From NCBI GenBank assembly GCA_016748015.1, contig JAAOMT010000727.1, positions 4,571 to 21,365 of the forward strand: a stretch of DNA of 16,795 nucleotides. Reading direction: 5' to 3'. The notes below the pieces were generated by a model that saw only the letters and a list, made by a program, of their open reading frames with translations, was not told where the DNA came from and made no database searches. Positions 1 through 11,112 of this stretch are shown piece by piece; within the stretch, counting starts at the first letter, position 1; each line of letters begins with the position of its first letter. Position numbers and translations under genes: made by a program. Source of the DNA: Geosiphon pyriformis uo1. Lineage: Eukaryota; Fungi; Glomeromycota.

Positions 1-313
1 AATATTCATTTTGATGAAATATTCAAGATAATCTTGAACCAATTACATGTAATAGAAGTAAAATCATCAACTAGCCAAACTTAAAGAAAAATCTAATCCA
101 AGATTTTCATGATTTTAGAAACTATTTTTAAAATAATTTTGACTTTAAATAGTTTATTTAACTGTCAAAATAAATATTTTACAAGTATAAGAAATAATTA
201 CTGATTTTTTCATAAATTTTAAATTTTTAATCGAAGAAAATGAATTTTTTCTAATTGCAATTGCTATCATTGTATTAACATTAATAGCTTTATACTTATA
301 GGAAAAACCTAGA

Positions 314-758
314 GGTATTTATCTTTTTTGCAGCTATTTTATCAGCATTCCTATAATGAATTTCACTATAAGTTTATCAATCTTCATAAATAATTTAATG
401 ACTCGACTTTATTATATCTTAATTTGGTTCCGTATTAAATTACAACTTTTAATGTGCTAAATATGCTTAGATACACTGATTAAAGATAAATGAAAACTTT
501 TTTTCTAGTTAGATGTGAGAAAATATTCTTTTATAATAAATTAATGAAAGAATAAAAGTATATTTTATCATATTGAGAAATGAATATAATAAATACTCTA
601 ATTAATATGGCTAATGTTGTATGAAATATTTAAATAGGTATTATTTATTTATTTTAAATTATGAGCATATAGACGATTTTTATTAATTTTTTTGTTTCTA
701 TGATTTGGATAAAAGACAAAGGATAAGAGATAAAATATGAATCAATTATTATGAAGAG
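314..758 (+). repeat. Direct repeat, copy A of the kinase downstream flank (copy B at 1685-2188)
   Basis: Both run ggtatttatcttttttgcagc...atcaattattatgaagag with scattered substitutions and several indels. Confidence 0.9.
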
Positions 759-1266
759 GGTTTTTAAAGCCTTATTTGATAGTATGTCAGGAATTTTTTT
801 TTCCAACGAGTTTGTATTTGCATCAGCACTGGTACAGTCAATACCTCAGAATAAGCAGAGCTTAATGTTTTAACACATAAATTCCAGAATTACACATGTA
901 AAAGTAAAGTATTATTTACTTTATGCCAGACAAATTTTCAATTACATATAATATTGATATCAATTCATTTAAATAAGTGGTTACCAGTTTCTACTGTAAA
1001 AGAATGTTTTGTGTGTAAACAGGAAGGAACTGCCATTCTCATCAAGCAAAGAGTCTAGGAACCAGCTATTCCTTTCTTTAAACATCCATACTGTATCAAT
1101 TCTAAATTTAGCCAGTCTTCTCACTTTTGCCCAAAAAATTCACAATAATGTAACAAGACTATACACATTACTTACTAATCAAGAAAACAGAAAAGTTTCA
1201 TTCGCTCACATTTTATTTTTATCAATAATATTGTAGCGTCCTCAAGCTACATATACATACAATAAC

Positions 1267-1664
1267 AAATAAAGATCAAGTCACCAAATACATTATTTAT
1301 AACTCAAATTGAAGCAATCCATGGATGTTGGAGCGCTGCATCTGCTTCCAGCATCTTTTTTTTTTTTTTTTTTATAAAGTCCTGTCCATCATTGGAGAAC
1401 ACCGTATTAAGCTCTTCTAATAACTTGCCTAATTGATACATGTCCGAAATAGTTGTGTAGAGATTATTCTTATCAAGCGTGCCATCATCCCAGTTTATCA
1501 ATAAGATGTCGAATTTTTCGTTTATTTTACCTCCATGCTCGAAATCAATAAGAACATATTCGTAGCCTTGAGAATTATTCGAATCGTAAATAATATTCGA
1601 TAAACAAATGTCGCGATGGACGTAATCTTTTTGATGAAGTCTCTTCAGTCCAGTGAGCAAACTA
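1267..1664 (+). repeat. Direct repeat of 2209-2606
   Basis: Near-identical sequence from aaataaa(g/t)atcaagtcacc to cagtgagcaaacta. Confidence 0.95.
1304..1664 (-). CDS. Second copy of the kinase C-lobe (partial, truncated by N-gap)
   Basis: Nearly identical to 2246-2606 (HRDICLSN, DFE, SDMYQLG, HPW). Differs by L->I (TTLSD/TTISD) and a poly-T run replacing caatttgc (SKL->KKK). Ends at the gap 1665-1684. Confidence 0.6.
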
Positions 1665-1684
1665 NNNNNNNNNNNNNNNNNNNN

Positions 1685-2188
1685 GGTATTTATCTTTTTT
1701 GCAGCTATTTTATCATAATTAGTTTATAAAAACACTTAGCATTCCTATAATAAATTTCACTATAAGTTTATCAATCTTCACAAATAATATAATGACTCGA
1801 CTTTATTATATCTTAATTTGGTTCCGTATTAAATCGCAACTTTTAATGTGCTAAATATGCTTAGATACACTGATTAAAGATAAATGAAAACTTTTTTTCT
1901 AGGTTAGATGTGAGAAAATATTCTTTTTTAATAAATTAATGAAAGAATAAAAGTATATTTTATCATATTAAGAAATGAACATAATAAATGCTCTAATTAA
2001 TATAGTTAAAGCTTTATGAAATATTTAAATAGTTATTATTTATTTATTTTATCAACCACTTGAAAAGTTTTTATTGAATCTTTCTAGACAAAATTCACAC
2101 AGGTTTAAATTATGAGCATATAGACAATTTTTATTAATTTTTTTGTTTTCTATGATTTGGATAAAAGACAATCAATTATTATGAAGAG
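1685..2188 (+). repeat. Direct repeat, copy B of 314-758, bounded by two 20-N gaps
   Basis: Aligns by eye to 314-758. It has extra segments near 1716-1738 and 2051-2105 and lacks the ~22-bp aaggataagagataaaatatga of copy A. Confidence 0.9.
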
Positions 2189-2245
2189 NNNNNNNNNNNN
2201 NNNNNNNNAAATAAATATCAAGTCACCAAATACATTATTTATAAC

Positions 2246-3488
2246 TCAAATTGAAGCAATCCATGGATGTTGGAGCGCTGCATCTGCTTCCAGCATCTTT
2301 TTTTTCAATTTGCTTATAAAGTCCTGTCCATCATTGGAGAACACCGTATTAAGCTCTTCTAATAACTTGCCTAATTGATACATGTCCGAAAGAGTTGTGT
2401 AGAGATTATTCTTATCAAGCGTGCCATCATCCCAGTTTATCAATAAGATGTCGAATTTTTCGTTTATTTTACCTCCATGCTCGAAATCAATAAGAACATA
2501 TTCGTAGCCTTGAGAATTATTCGAATCGTAAATAATATTCGATAAACAAATGTCGCGATGGACGTAATCTTTTTGATGAAGTCTCTTCAGTCCAGTGAGC
2601 AAACTACACGTCATCACTCGTGTTGTTTGCTCGTCTTTCGGTGGGCGTTCAAGGCCACGTGTCTTCAGTTTGATTATATATTCCCCTGGCCGACCTGCTT
2701 CAAAGATNNNNNNNNNNNNNNNNNNNNNNNNNNNNNNNNNNNNNNNNNNNNNNNNNNNNNNNNNNNNNNNNNNNNNNNNNNNNNNNNNNNNNNNNNNNNN
2801 NNNNNNNNNNNNNNNNNNNNNNNNNNNNNNNNNNNNNNNNNNNNNNNNNNNNNNNNNNNNNNNNNNNNNNNNNNNNNNNNNNNNNNNNNNNNNNNNNNNN
2901 NNNNNNNNNNNNNNNNNNNNNNNNNNNNNNNNNNNNNNNNNNNNNNNNNNNNNNNNNNNNNNNNNNNNNNNNNNNNNNNNNNNNNNNNNNNNNNNNNNNN
3001 NNNNNNNNNNNNNNNNNNNNNNNNNNNNNNNNNNNNNNNNNNNNNNNNNNNNNNNNNNNNNNNNNNNNNNNNNNNNNNNNNNNNNNNNNNNNNNNNNNNN
3101 NNNNNNNNNNNNNNNNNNNNNNNNNNNNNNNNNNNNNNNNNNNNNNNNNNNNNNNNNNNNNNNNNNNNNNNNNNNNNNNNNNNNNNNNNNNNNNNNNNNN
3201 NNNNNNNNNNNNNNNNNNNNNNNNNNNNNNNNNNNNNNNNNNNNNNNNNNNNNNCTTGTTCTTGTCTACTTTTAGCTCCTTCAATTCTTCTTCCAGCTCT
3301 TCCTTTTCTTGTGTCCATGCCTCCTTTTCTTCAGTGTCAGTCCACTTTTTTCCTCTCATTTTGTTCTTTAATTCACTTAACCTATTTCCCTCCTCACTCT
3401 TCCTAAATTCCTTTAGCTCCTCCACGCATCTCTCATACTGGGTCGTAGCCACCTCTAATTGACGTTTAATATCTTCAACGCTCGCCAT
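2246..3488 (-). CDS. Protein-kinase-like protein with N-terminal coiled coil; middle part hidden in an assembly gap
   Basis: ATG at 3488 starts a K/E-rich heptad-like segment (MASVEDIKRQLEVATTQYERCVEELKEF...ELEEELKELKVDKNK) up to the gap at 2708-3254. After the gap the frame is open from 2707 (IFEAGRPGEYIIKLKTRGLERPPKDEQTTRVMTCSLLTGLKRLH) through the catalytic loop VHRDICLSNI, DFG-equivalent VLIDFEHG, subdomain IX-like SDMYQLG and terminal HPW, with the stop at 2246. Joining the two halves is inferred from strand, order and spacing. Confidence 0.75.
2708..3254. other. Assembly gap (547 N); further 20-N gaps at 1665-1684, 2189-2208 and 3960-3979
   Basis: Runs of N. Confidence 1.
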
Positions 3489-3979
3489 GGTGTTTTGCGT
3501 GTTTTTTATGGTTTGGAAAGATATGGCTTAATATATGTTTGGTGTCAGATTTAGCATTTAGGTAACAAACCCGTTATTGTTAAATTATCACAATAATCAG
3601 AGTTTTTAACCCCTGCAGTATGCCTACATCATATAATTGTTATTTAATAATTATTGTATTGTGCAATATTCAATAATATGTTTATTGTTTTGTTAAATTA
3701 ACATTATTATTGTTATATATATTTTTAATATTGAATAAAATTCGTTTTATTAAAATAATTGTAAGTTTTAAAAATTAGAGTTAACACAATTAAAATTGAA
3801 AAAAATCAAACCAGTATTAAAATACATTTTTATTATTATTTTGTATATAAATATGAAACTTTATATTAATTTTAAACTTATTAAATAAAATAAATTAATA
3901 ATTTAATTTTTATTTATTAATTAAATTACATTTAATTAAAACTTAAAATATGTAATAAANNNNNNNNNNNNNNNNNNNN

Positions 3980-4079
3980 CCTCCTCACTCTTCCTAAATT
4001 CCTTTAGCTCCTCCACGCATCTCTCATACTGGGTCGTAGCCACCTCTAATTGACGTTTAATATCTTCAACGCTCGCCAT
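3980..4079 (-). CDS. Second copy of the kinase-gene N-terminus (partial, truncated by N-gap)
   Basis: Identical to 3389-3488 with ATG at 4079 (MASVEDIKRQLEVATTQYERCVEELKEFRKSEE); runs into the gap 3960-3979. Confidence 0.55.
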
Positions 4080-4470
4080 GGTGTTTTGCGTGTTTTTTAT
4101 GGTTTGGAAAGATATGGCTTAATATATGTTTGGTGTCAGATTTAGCATTTAGGTAACAAACCCGTTATTGTTAAATTATCACAATAATATGTTTATTGTT
4201 TTGTTAAATTAACATTATTATTGTTATATATATTTTTAATATTGAATAAAATTCGTTTTATTAAAATAATTGTAAGTTTTAAAAATTAGAGTTAACACAA
4301 TTAAAATTGAAAAAAATTAAACCAGTATTAAAATACATTTTTATTATTATTTTGTATATAAATATGAAACTTTATATTAATTTTAAACTTATTAAATAAA
4401 ATAAATTAATAATTTAATTTTTATTTATTAATTAAATTACATTTAATTAAAACTTAAAATATGTAATAAA
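3980..4470 (+). repeat. Direct repeat of 3389-3959 (kinase 5' end plus upstream region) lacking 80 bp
   Basis: Same sequence from cctcctcactc to tgtaataaa. Lengths are 571 vs 491 bp, the difference being 3598-3677; one visible C/T SNP (3807 vs 4318). Confidence 0.95.
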
Positions 4471-5459
4471 AATTTTACTTGGATATTTTTATATATAACC
4501 AGTTATTAAACTTATATTAAGCTATAAAAATTAAAAATCCTATTTGTTTATGTCTTTAATTAACAACTTTTTATTTTACATATTTATATATTAAAGTTTT
4601 AATAATTTTATTAATACTTTTATATTAATACTTTATATTTTTGCAGAATTATTAGTTAATCTTTTTTTTATTAAATAAATTTATTATTTTTTATTATTTT
4701 AAATTAAACATAAAAAACTGAATAATAATAAAAATTTTAAACATAATAAATTGTTTTAAAGAAAATTTACATAATTTAAATTAATTTAAATTAATAATTA
4801 TAATAAAATAAATATTTAAAAAACATTCCTTTTTTTTCTTTTCAAGTTTCTTAAAAAGCCTAAATTTTGAAAATAAGTTTTCTTTTTTATTATATTTTTT
4901 ACTATTTCACAAAAATCAAACTCTTTTGTCCTAGAATTAACAAATATTACTAATAGTAATATAATTAAAAAAATCTAACAAAAGAGTTTTTTTATGACTT
5001 TACAAGTAGTATTGTTTGATTTAATTAACAAGTTAACAAATAATAAAAAAACAGTATTATATAGCAAAAAAATTAATAAAAAAATAATTTAACTTTTAAT
5101 AAATAAATTAAATTAATAAAAATTCAATATGTAAGATTAGTTTTATAAATATTCAATTATTATTCTTTTTAAAAAGTAACAAAAAAATTTAAAAATTTAA
5201 AAATAGTTTATATTGCTAACAAAAAATAATACACTAGTATAATTTTATGGCTTATGTCAACATTTTTAAAATTTAATATCAAATATTAATTGTATTTTTT
5301 AATAAATGTTTATTTAATATACTTTATAAAAACTAAATAAAAAAAATTGAAAAAAAATTGAAAAATTAATATTATTATATTAATCTAAAAATAAATTTTA
5401 AAATAAATGTTTTTCTATAACTTTAAAAGATTTCGTTTATAAACTTTCAAAAAAAATTT

Positions 5460-5567
5460 AATAATTATATTAGTAATTATATTAATAATTTGATTAATAA
5501 TCAAGTTAATAATCAAGTAAATAATTAAGCTAATAATTAAGTTATTAATCAAGTTAATAATTATATT
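5460..5567 (+). repeat. Degenerate 12-bp tandem repeat, 9 units (consensus ~aataatcaagtt)
   Basis: aataattatatt agtaattatatt aataatttgatt aataatcaagtt aataatcaagta aataattaagct aataattaagtt attaatcaagtt aataattatatt. Confidence 0.8.
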
Positions 5568-5759
5568 AATACTTTATTCTAAAAATAAGATAACTAATTA
5601 ATAATATTAATAACTAATATATGCAATTAATTATAACTAAATAAATAATATAAAAAATTATTAATAATAATAAAAAAACATTTATATAATATTATATATT
5701 TAAATATTTTGTAATTATATTATAATAAAGTTAAAATTTTTAAATTATATATTTATTTA

Positions 5760-6333
5760 TAAGTTAAACAAAATTAATTATAATAAATTAATTAATACAC
5801 ATATTATTTGTTAAAAGTTTTTATTTAAAATGTGTTTTTTATTATTTTTTATCTTATTGTCTTTGTTTTTATGTATTTTTAATAGTGATTTATATATATA
5901 AAAACTTTATTTTTATGAAATAATTTATTATAATATTATTAATTTTTAAAGATATTAAAACTATTATATTTATTTTTATAAAGTTTATACATAATCTAAT
6001 AATAGTTTTTTAAATTAAAATATAAAGCAAATATATAAAAAAATAGTTTAATAATTAAAAATAAAATTGTTAAATTTTTTGTTAAAAATATAATATAATT
6101 ATTTAATATGTTTTAAATTATATAATATCTTATTGTCTTTTTTGAATTTAAATAATAATGCCAAAATTGTAATAAATATATAATATTGTTTTAATTAATA
6201 TAAGTAATTAATTACATATAAAAAATACATAAGTTGTATTTAATTTAAAATATTAAAATATTATATTATATTAAATAATAGTTAAATTTTATTTGTTAAA
6301 TAAAAAAATGATTTTGTTTTGTTTTAATATTTT
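5760..6333 (-). pseudogene. Downstream half of a ghost ORF apparently interrupted by the LINE (upstream half 13192-13484); probably transposon-derived, function unknown
   Basis: After removing the LINE and one TSD copy, one frame reads ...IIIFKYIKY*NKTKSFFYLTNKI*LLFNII*YF...TILALLFKFKKDNKILYNLKHIK*LYY...; its stops are TAA/TAG and it looks protein-like if K->E and *->Q are reverted. Pattern recognition only. Confidence 0.4.
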
Positions 6334-6342
6334 TTTTTTTTT
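6330..6342 (-). other. Poly(A) tail of the LINE
   Basis: 13 consecutive T on the + strand, ~120 bp past the ORF2 stop and exactly at the composition boundary. Confidence 0.8.
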
Positions 6343-6957
6343 ATACTTTATAAATGAGATCCAAATACTGCCTAGAACTATACATCAAAAAAATAATCTA
6401 CATTAAGTGTAAATTATGTATTTTCTATATACAATCAGTCATTCAGACCAATCAGAACAATACTATTCAACTATATGAACTGAAACAGAATCACCAATAC
6501 TTAAAAAAAATAAACAACATCTACAAAAGCTAAAGTGGATACCAAATGCTTTAGTAATACCAAGCAACCTGACCATACCAGCCAATAACCCCAAAGCCAA
6601 ACCAAAAACTGAAACAAAAGCTGACTTATTTAGTGAGATCAGACTATTTTTTTCTATGTACACATAATATTTAACATGAACCAACCAGATATCATCCCTA
6701 AAAGTGAGACAGAGAAAATACACAAATTCAACAATCTTTAAACTAGCAACCTTGGAATTGCAGAATACAGAGATAGTTTCATGAAACCAATCATCAAAAA
6801 CAAAACTTTTAAAAAAAGTCATGGAGATAAAGACATTAAAAACACTGGATTATAACAGCTGTAACACACATAATAAAAAATGAGAAAGGCCAGAAAAAGT
6901 TTTTTAAAAAGCTACAAAGATATCTAATATTTAAAGATAAGTAAAATTGTAAATATT

Positions 6958-7005
6958 ACAAGAAAAAGCATGATTTGACACTTTTACAACATCACAATAC
7001 AAATA
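6958..7005 (-). pseudogene. C-terminal Cys/His zinc finger remnant of ORF2
   Basis: YLYCDVVKVSNHAFSC fits Cx2Cx7Hx3C with the first Cys read as Tyr (TGT->TAT). Confidence 0.7.
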
Positions 7006-7359
7006 CAATACATTAAAGTAATGTTAGTTATAAAGTCACTTCTAAATGACAACAAGTAGCCAATAATACAAAGTTTTTATAAAATAAGTATGTACAGAAG
7101 CAGTAGGCCTGCCAGTAAAACCGGTAGCCATGTGTAAATTAGAGTGTTACACCAATAAAAAGCTAAGCCAATCAACATCAGAATACAGATTACCATCTAA
7201 AAACATAAAACCAGAACCAACCTCCCAATAAGTATGACAAATAGAACAAAAAACATTACAAACAAAGTGTCTAGAGTTGCCAAAAACCATACAACTATTA
7301 GCTACCAAAAAGTGTTCATTTAAATAGGAAAGAAGGTACCAATCAGAGAGAAAAACAGT

Positions 7360-7750
7360 ATTAGCAAGTGCATCAACATGCTCATTTCCCAAAACACCAG
7401 AGTGACTTTTCACCTTAAGCCAAGAGACTTTAAATTCTTATTGTAAACAATGTTAACAATATGTTAATATTTAATCCAATACTAATTGCAAAAGTCTGGA
7501 GACACCAGACTCAGTTCTAACTTATAAGCATCCAAAGCAAATTGACTATCTGAAAACAAGTAAACAAAGCTAAAAAAAGAAATACACTTTAGAGCTAACA
7601 CAATAGCTTGCATTTTTACCAAAGTGAATAACATCAAATCCAAAACACTTACACCTAAACCCAAATCAATGTCTTCAAAAAAAACTGCAGCACCAGTTCT
7701 CTTGTTAATTATATCCAAGTTTTTCAGAGACCCATCTGTATACACCAAAA
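7360..7750 (-). pseudogene. RNase H1-like domain of ORF2
   Basis: VYTDGS, TLVKMQAI (catalytic E read as K), FSDSQ, WLKVKSHSGVLGNEHVDALA. Confidence 0.92.
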
Positions 7751-8629
7751 AACTGTTAGGAACAACTCAAAAAAGCTGATCACAAACAGAGCCAAAGTTG
7801 TAAAACTCAAAAATATTCAAAAAACTAACACCATTTAAAATAATAGGATATACAAGAGAAGAGATTACACCATTGAGAAATACAGTAGAAAGCTTAAATC
7901 ACTTAGAAGTGCGACTGTGAAGGTCTAATTTTTTTCACTATTTGAAAGTATACCAATCATAAACAGTATTATAATGATTGCAAAGTTGATCTACAAAAAC
8001 AATACTATAAGAACAGTTTTACCATGAAAGAAGGCACCCAAGGACAAATTGTACTCTAGAAAAAAAATTTCAACTTACCAAGAACAGTTTTACCATGAAA
8101 ATGAAAAGAACTGTCAAAAGAGCCACCCAAGGACAAATTGTACTCTAGAAAAATACGAACCATGCCTATTAAAAAGTTATCAAATGAACTAATCTGAATA
8201 CAAACAGGAAAACTTAAAGGATAAACAGGATGCCAACATAAAACTTCCAAGTCATGAGATCTGTAAGCAAACAAACGACCCAAAATCTCACTAGAATTTA
8301 TAAAACTAATAAAAAAAGCCACTTTACTCTCAGACTGAAGTTGAACAAAAGATTTCAAACCATAAAATAAAGGGTGGTAGATCATATCACTAGGAAAATT
8401 GATAGGGAGATCTGACTTGGACTTTAAGTCTTTATGAATCAAAGCATCCTACTTGTTATATACACCAACCAGAACAAAATTAAACTGTATTCTATAGCTA
8501 ACAATAGGATAAAAAACAGTTGACACTAAATACAAGAACTGATTATCTAAGATGGTCTTCTTTAAAACCAGATTAACAAAAAAGCGAATGTCTGAATATG
8601 TCTTAGCCAAGCTAGGCTTCAAGAATCTA

Positions 8630-9580
8630 CTTGTCAAAAAAAAGATATTCAAATATCAATGAAATTCTCTTTTTTTGGCAATAGAGATGGGCAATCCACT
8701 AATAGACAAATAAGATGTATTAACTCTCCAATTAATAGAAATAACCACTGTTTTGTTATTGTTAATAGAAATGTCATTAATTGGAAAAAATTCACTAGTA
8801 ATATTAAAAATATGTTAAATAGCAATCTGACTACTACCAATCCAAATCATATTATCAACAAAGGCACCAGTGGTGAAAAAAAAAGAAAGCCCAGCTCGAG
8901 ATTTGACATGACTACTTTCAGAAATAAAATAAGAATTTAATTTGTATCCATACATACTTTCTTGTCTCTTGACCTTGCACAAAAGAGGATCATAAAATAT
9001 ATGTCACAAGAGAGAAAAGAAGACTTCTTTCTGGTCTAAACCATCATGGACACAATAACTACATGTCAAACCAAAATCAGTTATAACCTTATTGGTACAA
9101 TCTCTATGAATACTACCAAAAAATCAAATAAATTTGCTATATATTTTGATCCTAACCAAATTTTTCTTAAGATGTTCTTAGCCAACTGAATTATATGTCT
9201 TCTGCATATCTTGCAAAACCAGTCAAAGCTCCTGGTTCTTCTCTAAAGCATCTTCAACCACTGAACCAATTGCAAAAATAGGAGACTGGGTTGTTGTACC
9301 AATAAAATCCTATCAGAAAGAATCTTGGATAGGATTTTGCAAGCTGTTTTGATTAAAACAATAAACTAAGTGTTCATCAAAACACCTTTCCACTCATATG
9401 GTTTGGAAATTATCAAAACCCAAGCCTCTTTCTATAACTGGACACAAATTTACCAGAAAGACAAAAATACAAGACCACTAAAAGCATATTCAGAATTAAT
9501 TTGTCACAATGTTTCCAAAGCTTATTTAAGATACTCAAGAGACCAGCAGCTTTGTTATTAAGCAGATTAAAAATTACACC
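8630..9580 (-). pseudogene. Reverse transcriptase domain of ORF2
   Basis: KAAGLLSILNKLWK; EAWVLIISKP; KILSKILSDRI; LQDMQKTYNSV (~9184-9216); GLDQKEVFSSLL (~9007-9042); AFVDN (8851-8865, YADD box with D->N); YLNIF (for YLG, ~8650). Confidence 0.92.
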
Positions 9581-10429
9581 AAAAAGTTCATCAAACTTAA
9601 CTAAACACATTACATCAGAAAAAGCTTTATCAAAAACATACTCCAAAAGTTGATATTGACGAGATCATACATCAAAAATATCAATAATCACATCATGTTT
9701 CCTAGTTCAACTCTCTATAATTACATCCACCTTAGATTTAACCACATCAGACTTCATAATCAGTTTGTCATCAACAACTAGATGATTTAGCACCACTTTG
9801 CAGAAGGGATGTTCCAGTACACTTCTAATAGTATGATTCTTATTCGACACAAAGCTCTCTATCTTTTTATCTATAGTAGATCTGATATTTAATTTATTAG
9901 CTCTCAAAAATTCAGCAAGCTTGAATGCACAATAAGACTTTCTAATACCATAAAAAGCAGAACAAATGTGATCAAAGCTTGTACTAGCATTTATGAAATC
10001 CTAAATAATCGAGAATTTAACATCATCCAAAGAGCCCCATCACTTCATAAGGGAGACAAAACTTACAACACTCTTTTTATAAAAAGTTTTGACAATTTTT
10101 AAAACCAAAAGCTCCAGCTTATAAAACCTCAAAGAATTCTTGATAAAGACACTATCAAAATCTTTGAATCATTTCTTTTTAAATATTTCACTAGCTAAAA
10201 GAGTCATTATCTTGTAAACAATATTCCACATTGTATCTATATCTAAGAATTCTACAGTAGCAGTAAACTCAACAGAGAATATTACAGTATTGGTCGATAT
10301 GGCTTTATTAAAATTGTTCCACTTATCCTTATTAGTACCCTTGAAATCAAACTTTTAACAATTTTTGTTTGCTTGTTTGTAAATAGAGTTCAATTGCATA
10401 TCCAAAAGTCTATTCAAACTCACAAACAC

Positions 10430-11112
10430 AAAAACAGCTCAGTGATCTGTGTTAAAATGCTTACTGACTTCCAAACATTACAATATACTATTGCATTAAC
10501 CAGATTTGAAGAAACAAACATGTAATCAATCATTTTTAAAATGTTTCTTGAATTTTCTCAAGTAGGCTTCTTTACAGCTAAGCTTCTACCCAAGGAATTA
10601 ACCAAACCTAAATCAAAATACTTTTTGAAATTGGCACACCTGTAGAAACCATCTTCATTAAAATCTTCACTCAAAACAACAAAAAAAGATTCATTCACAG
10701 CCTTCACAATTTGAGAGTTAATATTACCAGCTTGAGAGAACTAAACCATAGAAGAAACACCAACATAGAGCCCTAAAATTGAAATAGAAAGTTTATTTTT
10801 AAAAAGTAACTTAACAGAAAGAAGCTGACCAGATATCTCAGAAATTTTACACACATGACAAGCCAGAAAAATGTCTATGATAATGGCAACACCAGAACCC
10901 AAGTAACCAAAGTTCACACCAGAAGTAAATACATAGACATCATTAAACTTATCAGCAATTCACAAACAGACTCTACCTTTTAACTTAGTTTTAATAATAA
11001 TCAAAATTATATTGTCTATATTCTTGTGCCAACAAATAATATCTTTCTGCTTCACAGGATTGTTCATATTTCAAGTATTGCATGTAGCAATTTACCAAAC
11101 CAAATTGATCAT
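10430..11112 (-). pseudogene. Apurinic-like (APE/EEP) endonuclease domain of ORF2
   Basis: Motifs IATCN, IKTKL (for ETKL), GSGVAII, ILGLY, VLSEDFN (for GDFN), PT*, IDYMFVS and TDH (~10442-10450) occur in the expected order. Confidence 0.9.

Larger units (their letters stand above)
6463..11112 (-). pseudogene. LINE ORF2 polyprotein, disrupted by many stops and frameshifts
   Basis: ATG at 11112 (MINLVW*IATCNT*NMNNPVKQKDII). The track's minus-strand ORFs at 9707-9907, 9413-9646, 8449-8652, 8056-8442, 7482-7748, 7147-7413 and 6463-6822 are collinear fragments of it. Confidence 0.9.

Noticed and set aside
230-315. Hydrophobic peptide IEENEFFLIAIAIIVLTLIALYL* resembling a transmembrane exon
   Set aside because: It has an in-frame stop and no supportable gene model; AT-rich DNA readily yields such peptides.
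1009-1236. 75-aa plus-strand ORF, and a ~40-codon ORF at 751-873
   Set aside because: Non-ATG start or very short, with no motif. They could be exon remnants but cannot be supported.
1356-1373. Poly-T run giving a poly-Lys tract in kinase copy A
   Set aside because: It is length-preserving relative to copy B (caatttgc replaced by T's), typical of a homopolymer sequencing or consensus error, and is not evidence of a retro-tail.
2558-3406. Long ORFs 2558-3406, 2595-3275, 2674-3318 and 2157-2378 in the track
   Set aside because: They are artifacts of reading through N runs, or antisense/off-frame shadows of the kinase gene.
5460-5567. Tandem repeat as a CRISPR array or telomeric repeat
   Set aside because: No spacers, degenerate 12-bp units, eukaryotic context and no TTAGGG-like motif.
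8630-9580. RT as part of a retron, DGR or group II intron
   Set aside because: The flanking APE domain, RNase H, ORF1 knuckle and poly(A) tail identify a non-LTR retrotransposon.
6463-11112. Alternative genetic code (TGA=Trp) or stop readthrough rescuing ORF2
   Set aside because: All three stop types, frameshifts and catalytic-residue substitutions are present, so this is mutational decay.
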